A stretch of 5,418 nt of DNA from a virus. Its lineage: Duplodnaviria > Heunggongvirae > Uroviricota > Caudoviricetes. Made by a program: the position numbers and the translations under genes. The DNA lies in IMG/VR virus record IMGVR_UViG_3300022775_000041. One strand, given 5' to 3'. This document shows, in pieces, positions 1-5,389 of the stretch (the first letter of the stretch is position 1; each line of letters begins with the position of its first letter). The notes under the pieces were generated by a model. The model was not told the DNA's origin. It saw only the letters and a program-made list of their open reading frames with translations, and did not search any database.

Positions 1-113
1 GCTTTCAGTGGATTTTGGATAACAGAAAGGCCGGGAAATACCCAGCCTCGCTTTGTAACGGAGTAGACGAAAGTGATCGCGCCTACCCGGATATTATCGT
101 GAGGATGCGTCAT
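1..113 (-). CDS. Possible 5' part of an unknown ORF downstream of exo, running off the window edge
   Basis: ATG at 113-111 overlaps the exo stop TGA (112-110) in an ATGA arrangement. The frame stays open to position 1 ([37 protein letters not shown]...). No homology recognised and only 37 codons are visible. Confidence 0.2.
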   Translation of the reverse strand, partial: MTHPHDNIRVGAITFVYSVTKRGWVFPGLSVIQNPLK

Positions 114-790
114 CGCCATTGCTCCCCAAATACAAAACCAATTTCAGCCAGTGCCTCGTCCATTTTTTCGATGAACTCCGGCACCATCTCGTCAAAACTC
201 GCCATGTACTTTTCATCCCGCTCAACCACGACATAATGCAGCCTTCACGCTTCATACGCGGGTCATAGTTGGCAAAGTACCAGGCATCTTTTCGCGTCAC
301 CCACATGCTGTACTGCACCTGGGCCATGTAAGCCGACTTTATGGCCTCGAAACCACCGAGCCGGAACTTCATGAAATCCCGGGAGGTAAACGGGCATTTC
401 AGCTCAAGGCCATTGCCGTCACTGCATAAACCATCGGGAGAGCAGGCGGTGCGCATACTTTCGTCGCGATAGATGATCGGGGATTCAGTAACATTCACGC
501 CGGAAGTGAATTTCAAACAGAGTTCTGGCGTCGTTCTCGTACTGTTTTCCCCAGGCCAGTGCTTTAGCGTTAACTTCCGGAGCCACACCGGTGCAAACCT
601 CGGCAAGCAGGGTGTGGAAGTAGGACATTTTCATGTCAGGCCACTTTTTTCCGGAGCGGGGTTTTGCTATCACATTGTGAACTTCTGAAGCGGTGATGAC
701 GCCGAGCCGTAATTTGTGCCACGCATCATCCCCCTGCTCGATAGCTCTCACGTCGATCCCGGTACGCTGCAGGATAATGTCCGGTGTCAT
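110..790 (-). pseudogene. exo: Lambda-type exonuclease (Red-alpha, Exo); reading frame broken twice as sequenced
   Basis: Three consecutive minus-strand frames together reproduce lambda Exo as I recall it: ORF 485..790 ([16 protein letters not shown]...[10 protein letters not shown]), the middle of ORF 94..606 ([27 protein letters not shown]...YDPRMKREG), and a third frame from about 244 to the TGA at 112-110 ([43 protein letters not shown]). Frame changes are at the TTT run 521-523 (lambda has GAATTC, here gaatttc on plus) and at about 241 (plus cagcc where lambda has CAGGCC). Total length of 681 nt equals the 226-codon lambda exo. The start ATG 790-788 overlaps the bet stop. Confidence 0.85.
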
Positions 791-1571
791 GCTGCCACCT
801 TCTGTTCAGTGGCTTTTTGTTTCAGGAATCCAAGAGCTTTCACTGCTTCGTCCTGTGTCAGTTCTGACGATGAACGAATGTCGCGGCGAAATATCTGGGA
901 ACAGAGCGGCAATAAGTCGTCATCCCATGTTTTATCCAGGGCGATCAGCAGAGTGTTAATCTCCTGCATGGTTTCATCGTTAACCGGAGTGATGTCGCGT
1001 TCCGGCTGACGTTCCGCAGTGTATGCGGTATTTTCGACAATGCGCTCGGCTTCATCCTTGTCATAGATACCAGCAAATCCGAAGGACAGACGGGCACACT
1101 GAATCATGGCTTTATGCCGTAACATCCGTTTGGGATGCGACTGCCACGGTCCGGTGATTTCTCTGCCTTCGCGGGTTTTGAATGGTTCGCGGCGGCATTC
1201 ATCCATCCACTCGGTAACGCAGATCGGATGATTGCGGTCTTTGCGGTAAATCCGGCATGTGCAGGATTCGTTGTCCTGTTCAAAGTCCATGCCATCAAAC
1301 TGCTGGTTTTCGTTGATGATGCGGGACCAGCCATCAACGCCCACCACCGGAACGATGCCGTTCTGCTTATCAGGGAAGGCGTAAATTTCTTTCGTCCACG
1401 GATTAAGGCCGTACTGGTTGGCGACGATCAGCAATGCGATGAACTGCGCATCGCTGGCATCGCCTTTAAATGCTGTCTGGCGAAGAGTGGTGATCAGTTC
1501 CTGTGGGTCGACAGAATCCATGCCGACACGTTCAGCCAGCTTCCCAGCAGCGTTGCGAGTGCTGTACTCAT
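787..1571 (-). CDS. bet: Lambda-type Red-beta single-strand annealing protein (Bet); frame disrupted near codon 9 as sequenced
   Basis: ORF 787..1845 contains [51 protein letters not shown]... through ...[15 protein letters not shown], matching lambda Bet from memory. The lambda-type start ATG at 1571-1569 (MSTALATL) has GAGG about 10 nt upstream but is one nucleotide out of frame with the body. Plus 1540-1550 reads cttcccagcag where lambda has CTTCCCAGCCAG, so one C is missing at about 1548. The 352-aa ORF in the track is an artefactual upstream extension. An in-frame ATG at 1521 would give an N-terminally shortened product. Confidence 0.85.
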
Positions 1572-1576
1572 CCGTT

Positions 1577-1873
1577 TTATACCTCTGAATCAATATCAAC
1601 ATGGTGGTGAGCAATGGTTTCAACCATGTACCGGATGTGTTCTGCCATGCGCTCCTGAAACTCAACATCGTCATCAAACGCACGGGTAATGGCTTTTTTG
1701 TTGGCCCCGCAGCGTTGCAAATGATCGATGCAGAGTGATTCAAACAAATGCTGGGGCAGACCTTTTTCCAGGTCGTCTGCCAGTTCTGCCTCTTTCTCTT
1801 CACGGGCGATCTGCTGGTAGTGACGCGCCCAGCTCTGAGCCTCAAGACGATCCTGAATGTAATAAGCGTTCAT
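1577..1873 (-). CDS. gam: Gam, host RecBCD nuclease inhibitor (short GamS-type form)
   Basis: The 98-aa [101 protein letters not shown] matches lambda Gam from memory. ATG 1873-1871 is preceded by AGGAG (plus 1881-1885, 7 nt spacer). Stop TAA is at 1579-1577, 5 nt before the bet ATG. Confidence 0.9.
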   Translation of the reverse strand: MNAYYIQDRLEAQSWARHYQQIAREEKEAELADDLEKGLPQHLFESLCIDHLQRCGANKKAITRAFDDDVEFQERMAEHIRYMVETIAHHHVDIDSEV

Positions 1874-1948
1874 GGCTGAACTCCTGAAAATGGCTGTGAA
1901 AATATCGCCTGCGAAATGCCGGGCTGATTAGGTAAACAGGAAAGGGGA

Positions 1949-2239
1949 TTAGTGATTCAGGCCGTTACCGCGTCCGTCGAGAAAAACTTCCACGAGCAAA
2001 TCACGGGTATAAGTGCGCTCGATGCCGCGATGCAGATAAAGCCGTCCGCGTAAATTAGCTGATGCAGTCCAGGTACCATCTTTGTGTTTGACCAGCATTC
2101 CTGGCATGACCGCACCGCGATTAACGGTCTGCGTTCCGTAATGTTGATGAACCATAAAAACTCCTGCCCGTAAGCTGGGCTGCTGAACATATAGAGACTT
2201 CTGCGCGTATTCAGGCGGTGGATGGCCGCCGGTTGTCAT
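1949..2239 (-). CDS. Hypothetical protein (96 aa from ATG), the only ORF between the pL-like region and gam
   Basis: Open frame 1949..2359 in the ORF track. The first ATG at 2239-2237 has GAGG about 10 nt upstream, giving [96 protein letters not shown]. No family recognised. It occupies the slot where lambda has N, ral, ea10, cIII and kil. Confidence 0.45.
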   Translation of the reverse strand: MTTGGHPPPEYAQKSLYVQQPSLRAGVFMVHQHYGTQTVNRGAVMPGMLVKHKDGTWTASANLRGRLYLHRGIERTYTRDLLVEVFLDGRGNGLNH

Positions 2240-2432
2240 AACTAAGCCGCCTCGTTGAAGCGACTGAGGTATGAGGTGTTGAGTTGATTTCAGCTGGTCA
2301 CACCGACGTTCACGCGTCCGCTTCACCCCTCGCACTCCCCGGAGCCTGCTGAAATTCAAGCTGCGGATCTAAGCGGTCATCGCAACGGTGAATCAGGTGA
2401 TTGCCGTATCGTTGTGTTGTTGCGATGAACTT

Positions 2433-2461
2433 ATTTAAAACTATAGTTGTTTTACCGTCAA
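2433..2461 (-). promoter_or_regulatory. Candidate leftward (pL-like) sigma70 promoter
   Basis: On the minus strand: -35 TTGACG (2461-2456), 17-nt spacer, -10 TTAAAT (2438-2433). It lies in the AT-rich non-coding region just downstream of the cassette terminator and upstream of the leftward early genes. Confidence 0.3.
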
Positions 2462-2510
2462 CAACAAAAGTTGTTTTATTGGTTGTTTTAGATATAACTG
2501 GTTGTATTTA
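2446..2510. repeat. Direct repeats GTTGTTTTA x3 plus one variant GTTGTATTTA
   Basis: Plus-strand copies at 2446-2454, 2470-2478 and 2482-2490, with the variant at 2501-2510. They overlap the pL-like promoter candidate. An inverted repeat AACAAC-aaaa-GTTGTT (2460-2475) sits among them. Confidence 0.5.
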
Positions 2511-2534
2511 GGATGGATTTATTTTGTGACTTGA

Positions 2535-2547
2535 ATCGCATAGCGAT
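2535..2547. promoter_or_regulatory. Palindrome ATCGC-ATA-GCGAT, candidate operator-like site
   Basis: Inverted 5-bp arms ATCGC/GCGAT around ATA. It shares the CGC-N(2-3)-GCG core with the oR palindrome ATACGC-TT-GCGTAT at 5064-5077. Confidence 0.25.
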
Positions 2548-2598
2548 AACTGAAGCGAGGTTATGGTGGTTTTTTGAGCGGTTTGTGTGATGAGGGGA

Positions 2599-2630
2599 GG
2601 CAAAAGAAAACCCGGCACGGTGGCCGGGTT
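2599..2630 (-). terminator. Rho-independent terminator ending the cI-kinase-DUF3037 transcription unit
   Basis: Perfect 8-bp stem AACCCGGC (2609-2616) / GCCGGGTT (2623-2630) with a 6-nt loop. On the minus-strand transcript it is followed by UUUUCUUUUG (rc of plus 2599-2608). It lies 14 nt downstream of the last cassette stop codon (2647-2645). The plus-strand orientation has no U tract. Confidence 0.65.
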
Positions 2631-2644
2631 ATTAATAAGGAATA

Positions 2645-3034
2645 TCACATACAAAAATAAATTTTAAACTTGGGGAAGTATTTTTTTGCAAAATCAATAG
2701 TTTCTTTGTGGTTGGATGCAGGTATATGATTTATTTTCTTAGCATCCATAGTTCTCTTTATGATGTCAATAACTTTGCTTTGGCCTGAGTTTGGTGATTC
2801 AGGAGTTTCAATTGTGAATAAAATGTCATCAAGTGAAAGCAGGTTTTCTTCTGCTGCTCGAGTTATTCTCATCACCCAAGTATCACTATGCTCCATCATT
2901 TTTCCTGGTTCAGCTTGAGTGAATGCCAGAGGTTTGATGGCACATTGGATCCTGTCATGCTTCTTGGCGACCAATGGCATTGAGAACTTTGCGAAATACC
3001 CATCAATGGTTGCTTGTTTGAAGACGTTCTTCAA
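2645..3034 (-). CDS. Hypothetical protein, probably the C-terminal continuation of the DUF3037-like gene after a frame break
   Basis: ORF-track ORF starting at TTG 3034. The frame is actually open from 3061 (NEVSIELDGLKNVFKQATIDGYFAKFSMPLVAKKHDRIQ...KIYFCM). The first ATG (2980) has no convincing SD. Stop at 2647-2645 is followed by the terminator. It overlaps the end of ORF 3003..3491 by about 30-60 nt in a different frame. Confidence 0.4.
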   Translation of the reverse strand: MKNVFKQATIDGYFAKFSMPLVAKKHDRIQCAIKPLAFTQAEPGKMMEHSDTWVMRITRAAEENLLSLDDILFTIETPESPNSGQSKVIDIIKRTMDAKKINHIPASNHKETIDFAKKYFPKFKIYFCM

Positions 3035-3491
3035 TCCATCTAATTCTATCGATACTTCGTTTTAGCTCTCTGGCTAGAACATCTTCACGGCGCTCTTTTG
3101 TGTAGTCAGAGTGGTTTACATATTTATTGTAAATGCGGGCCAGCTCTTCTTTTGGGTTTTCGCTGAGAATCACTCTCGTAGAACTGAACTGAAAAATTGA
3201 TTCTTTTTTGTTTGTAAAATATCTGAAGAATTGTGCAAGTTGTTGATGTCCAACAATCTGGGTCGCATGCATTTTTGCGAACTGTAGTTCTCTTTGTATT
3301 GAGTCTTTTGCTACAGGGAAAATACAATCATCATGGAAAAAATTCTTTACACGAGAGTCATTTCGCTTTGTGAGCTGGAAATCAAAGTAATTTTCTTTTG
3401 GCGCGCACAGAAGTACGCCTATGTTTGCGAACTCTTCAGTCTCCGCATAAGGCGCATAGCGAACGATGCTATATAGGCATGGAGTTGTCAT
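3003..3491 (-). CDS. DUF3037-like hypothetical protein, partner of the HipA-like kinase (possibly truncated by a frame break at about 3003-3061)
   Basis: ATG at 3491-3489 overlaps the kinase stop TGA (3490-3488) as ATGA. GGAG lies about 11 nt upstream. The N-terminus MTTPCLYSIVRYAPYAETEEFANIGVLLCAP resembles, from memory, the DUF3037 N-terminal signature (Y-x-V-x-R-x-x-P...E-x-x-N-I/V-G-V-L-L). The ORF track start at 3506 is TTG. Confidence 0.55.
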   Translation of the reverse strand: MTTPCLYSIVRYAPYAETEEFANIGVLLCAPKENYFDFQLTKRNDSRVKNFFHDDCIFPVAKDSIQRELQFAKMHATQIVGHQQLAQFFRYFTNKKESIFQFSSTRVILSENPKEELARIYNKYVNHSDYTKERREDVLARELKRSIDRIRWIEERLQTSNH

Positions 3492-4237
3492 TCTATTGCG
3501 CTCCAAAATTCATCACAATCACCTTTGTCTAGCGTAGTGCAGACAAAAGGTAAAAACTCCTCATCTACTATCCACTCTTCTGGAATTTCGTCAAGGATAG
3601 CAGGAAGCTTGTGTAAACTGTTAACGACCCTCTGGCGGTACTCTACGCGATCCACTAAATCATATTGCCATTTGCGGTTACCAGGGCCGTACACGTGCAC
3701 AGAAAAATCTTCAGGTCCAGCATTCTGATCAAATGAGAGATTATGGTCAATCAGATAATACTTATCGTTACTGATGTCATAAAGGATGTTAACGTTTCCA
3801 CCTTTGTCAGTAAGCGTTCTGTCTGCATTTAATATCCATTTATCAAAAACATAGATTAATTTTTGCTGTTCGACTGGGATGATCGTTTCGTTTCTTGACT
3901 GCGTAAACGTTAACGCTATTGCACCGTCAATGAACAATGAAGCAAAGGCATATCCTGTACAAATTTGTTGCTGCAGATCAGGTGAGTACTCTATAAGTTC
4001 CTCTGGCACAAATACGATTTTAAAGTCAGGTAAAGGAAGGCCGATATCATTAGCCAAACACGCCGAAATGAACTCAGCTAAGAGATTTTTCGGGGGCATT
4101 GATGGTTTTGACTTCAAAACATACAACTGCCCATCATCACATTTGCAAAGAAATGGCTGAGTGGAACCTTCATTGATGCGACGTATTACCTCAACGACAT
4201 TAGGTATTGCACTATTGCTGCTCGCTACGCACTCCAT
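3488..4237 (-). CDS. HipA-like (protein-kinase-like fold) putative Ser/Thr kinase, stand-alone catalytic core of about 249 aa
   Basis: ATG at 4237-4235 (the track's M at 4240 is GTG) with AAGGG about 7 nt upstream. The C-terminal half carries WILNADRTLTDKGGNVNILYDISNDKYYLIDHNLSFD, which by eye parallels the HipA catalytic region (...IGNTDDHLKNFSLLYDE...LSPAYDL, recalled from memory): catalytic-loop Asp and Asn plus a downstream metal-binding Asp. An upstream LYVLKSKP may hold the ATP-binding Lys. Confidence 0.55.
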   Translation of the reverse strand: MECVASSNSAIPNVVEVIRRINEGSTQPFLCKCDDGQLYVLKSKPSMPPKNLLAEFISACLANDIGLPLPDFKIVFVPEELIEYSPDLQQQICTGYAFASLFIDGAIALTFTQSRNETIIPVEQQKLIYVFDKWILNADRTLTDKGGNVNILYDISNDKYYLIDHNLSFDQNAGPEDFSVHVYGPGNRKWQYDLVDRVEYRQRVVNSLHKLPAILDEIPEEWIVDEEFLPFVCTTLDKGDCDEFWSAIE

Positions 4238-4359
4238 CACTAACCCTTATGTGATTCAAGTCTTCCATCTCATTACTCCGCATCTCAAAGAGCGGTTTAA
4301 CACTGCGTGTTTAAAGAAAAACAACAGGCCTATTGCTGTAACTGTTTTTTAGCCTCACT

Positions 4360-5051
4360 TTAACCATGCTTCCTATATGTCTGCGGCATGCTCCCAATAA
4401 CCTTACCGAAGATGAACACCCGGTTCATCTCGTCTTTCTCGATCGGGTCCCACGGTGAGTAGCTTTTGTTATCAGAGATGACCAGCAGCTTATCCTTCAT
4501 CATTTGCAGGCGCTTTACATGGGCTGTGTCGTCGTACAGAAACGCATAGATACCATCACCGTCGAAAGATTTAACTGTGATATCAACGAACAGCAGATCA
4601 CCTGGTTCGATCGTTCCTGACATGCTGTCACCGCGACGTTAATGATGCGGATATTTTCTGCCTTCCTACCATCGAACATGTGACGAGCATCGTCAAACGA
4701 GTACTCAACCGAGCGTAGAACTTCTACAAACTCACGGTTGATGACTCCCGGCCCGGCACTCACTTCTATATCAAGAACGTCAATCTTGAAGTATTTGGGA
4801 TGGTTGGCAGTAGGCTTCCCTAATTGTTGACCGTCATTTCTCATCGGGCCTATGCCTGATGAGAGCCACTCTGTTCGAACACCCAATGCATTAGCTATTT
4901 CAACAATTTTTGTTGAGCCGCGCGCGTTGCCGCTTGTCAGTCTCCAGATTGTGGGTTGAGCTACGCCAGACGCCTTTGCAAGAGCGCCTTGAGACATTCC
5001 AGATTGTTCCATCGCTAGGTTTAAGCGATCAGCAAGAGTTTCTTTTTTCAT
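4360..5051 (-). pseudogene. cI: cI-type prophage repressor (N-terminal HTH plus C-terminal S24 LexA-like autopeptidase domain); one nucleotide missing between the two domains as sequenced
   Basis: N-terminal frame (ORF 4515..5087) from ATG 5051: MKKETLADRLNLAMEQSGMSQGALAKASGVAQPTIWRLTSGN... with a putative Ala-Gly cleavage site in DIEVSAGPGV. C-terminal frame (ORF 4360..4623): MSGTIEPGDLLFVD...AHVKRLQ...VFIFGKVIG (S24 Ser and Lys motifs). Restoring one nucleotide near 4633-4638 (plus caccgcgacg, inferred caccgcggacg) yields IINVRGDSMSGTIEPGD, a canonical V-x-G-D-S-M motif. The track's TTG start at 5087 lies inside the operator region. Confidence 0.8.
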
Positions 5052-5060
5052 AAGTTTTAA

Positions 5061-5087
5061 TTTATACGCTTGCGTATTGATGGTCAA
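5061..5087 (-). promoter_or_regulatory. Candidate pRM-like promoter for cI (near-leaderless)
   Basis: On the minus strand: -35 TTGACC (5087-5082), 15-nt spacer (suboptimal), -10 TATAAA (5066-5061), ending 9 nt before the cI ATG at 5051. There is no SD before the ATG, consistent with leaderless cI mRNA as in lambda pRM. Confidence 0.3.
5064..5077. promoter_or_regulatory. Operator-like palindrome ATACGC-TT-GCGTAT (OR3-like position within the pRM candidate)
   Basis: Perfect 6-bp inverted arms. It lies between the -35 and -10 of the pRM candidate. Confidence 0.4.
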
Positions 5088-5098
5088 AACACGTTTTG
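5085..5098. promoter_or_regulatory. Palindrome CAAAAC-AC-GTTTTG in the cI-cro intergenic region
   Basis: 6-bp inverted arms, overlapping the pRM -35 candidate. The sequence differs from the ATACGC-type sites, so it may bind a different factor or be coincidental. Confidence 0.25.
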
Positions 5099-5101
5099 CT
5101 A

Positions 5102-5130
5102 TTGTTATGATTAATACGCATTGCTATTAT
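5102..5130 (+). promoter_or_regulatory. Candidate pR-like promoter for cro
   Basis: -35 TTGTTA (5102-5107), 17-nt spacer, -10 TATTAT (5125-5130), about 30 nt upstream of the cro ATG. The spacer and -10 overlap the degenerate operator copy ATACGCATTGCTAT (5114-5127). Confidence 0.35.
5114..5127. promoter_or_regulatory. Degenerate operator copy ATACGCATTGCTAT (OR1-like position within the pR candidate)
   Basis: Shares the ATACGC half-site and the TAT end with the 5064-5077 palindrome. The two sites are 50 bp apart centre to centre. Confidence 0.3.
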
Positions 5131-5161
5131 TTATTCATTGTAATACCAATAGGAATTAATA

Positions 5162-5389
5162 ATGACAAATCAAACCATTCAACTCGCAATCAGTATTACA
5201 GGTAGTCAAAAACGACTGGCAGATCTATGCGGTGTAGCCCAGCCCACTGTTTGGCGTTGGCTACACGGTGGCGGAATTGATGCCCGCTATGTAATGAAAA
5301 TTGTCTCAGCCACTGGTGGAAAGATTAAACCAGCAGATATTCGTCCCGACCTCGCACCATTGTTTAACGCGAGTAATTCTGCCGCCTAA
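5162..5389 (+). CDS. cro: Cro-like HTH transcriptional regulator (Cro/YdaS-type), divergent from cI
   Basis: ATG 5162 with AGGA at 5151-5154. The 75-aa product MTNQTIQLAISITGSQKRLADLCGVAQPTVWRWLHGGGIDARYVMKIVSATGGKIKPADIRPDLAPLF... has a small Cro-like layout and shares the GVAQPT(I/V)WR helix with cI. Stop TAA at 5387-5389. Confidence 0.7.
   Translation: MTNQTIQLAISITGSQKRLADLCGVAQPTVWRWLHGGGIDARYVMKIVSATGGKIKPADIRPDLAPLFNASNSAA

Noticed and set aside
1135-1689. 184-aa plus-strand ORF (with the smaller ORFs 15..236, 473..688, 693..959, 716..1009, 1104..1337)
   Set aside because: They are antisense or alternate-frame to the clearly recognisable exo and bet coding sequences. No start context or recognisable protein features.
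787-1845. 352-aa ORF in the track that would be a giant Bet-containing protein
   Set aside because: The first roughly 90 codons are an out-of-frame read-through across gam and its upstream region, open only because no stop occurs. The recognisable Bet sequence begins at the ATG at 1571, which is offset by the one-nucleotide indel at about 1548.
1957-2190. 77-aa minus-strand ORF overlapping the 96-codon hypothetical ORF
   Set aside because: Alternate frame nested inside ORF 1949..2239. No SD and a low-complexity, Cys-rich translation. Most likely spurious.
2240-2359. Arg-rich N-terminal extension (RLRGVRGVKRTRERR) resembling the arginine-rich motif of N antiterminators
   Set aside because: It would need a TTG start at 2359 with no SD, whereas the in-frame ATG at 2239 has a GAGG SD. 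The resemblance to the N ARM (TRRRERR) is short and could be chance. Kept as a hypothesis only if sequencing errors have affected this region.
2461-2474. ACAACAAAAGTTGT matches the phage 434 operator pattern ACAA-N6-TTGT
   Set aside because: The repressor here is not 434-like and its recognition helix differs. It is a single occurrence embedded in an A/T-rich repeat region, so probably coincidental.
4300-4350. Weak hairpin (AACAG...CTGTT) followed by a T-rich tract between cI and the kinase gene
   Set aside because: The 5-bp stem with a 14-nt loop is too weak to call a terminator. At most it is a partial attenuator, and the kinase is probably co-transcribed with cI.
3124-4352. Short ORFs 3124..3327(-), 3525..3728(+), 3879..4160(+), 4161..4352(+)
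   Set aside because: Antisense or alternate-frame to the cassette genes. No RBS or recognisable features.
5052-5087. cI N-terminal extension MTINTQAYKLKL from the ORF-track start
   Set aside because: The start is TTG inside the operator/promoter region. ATG at 5051 (MKKET...) is the natural start.
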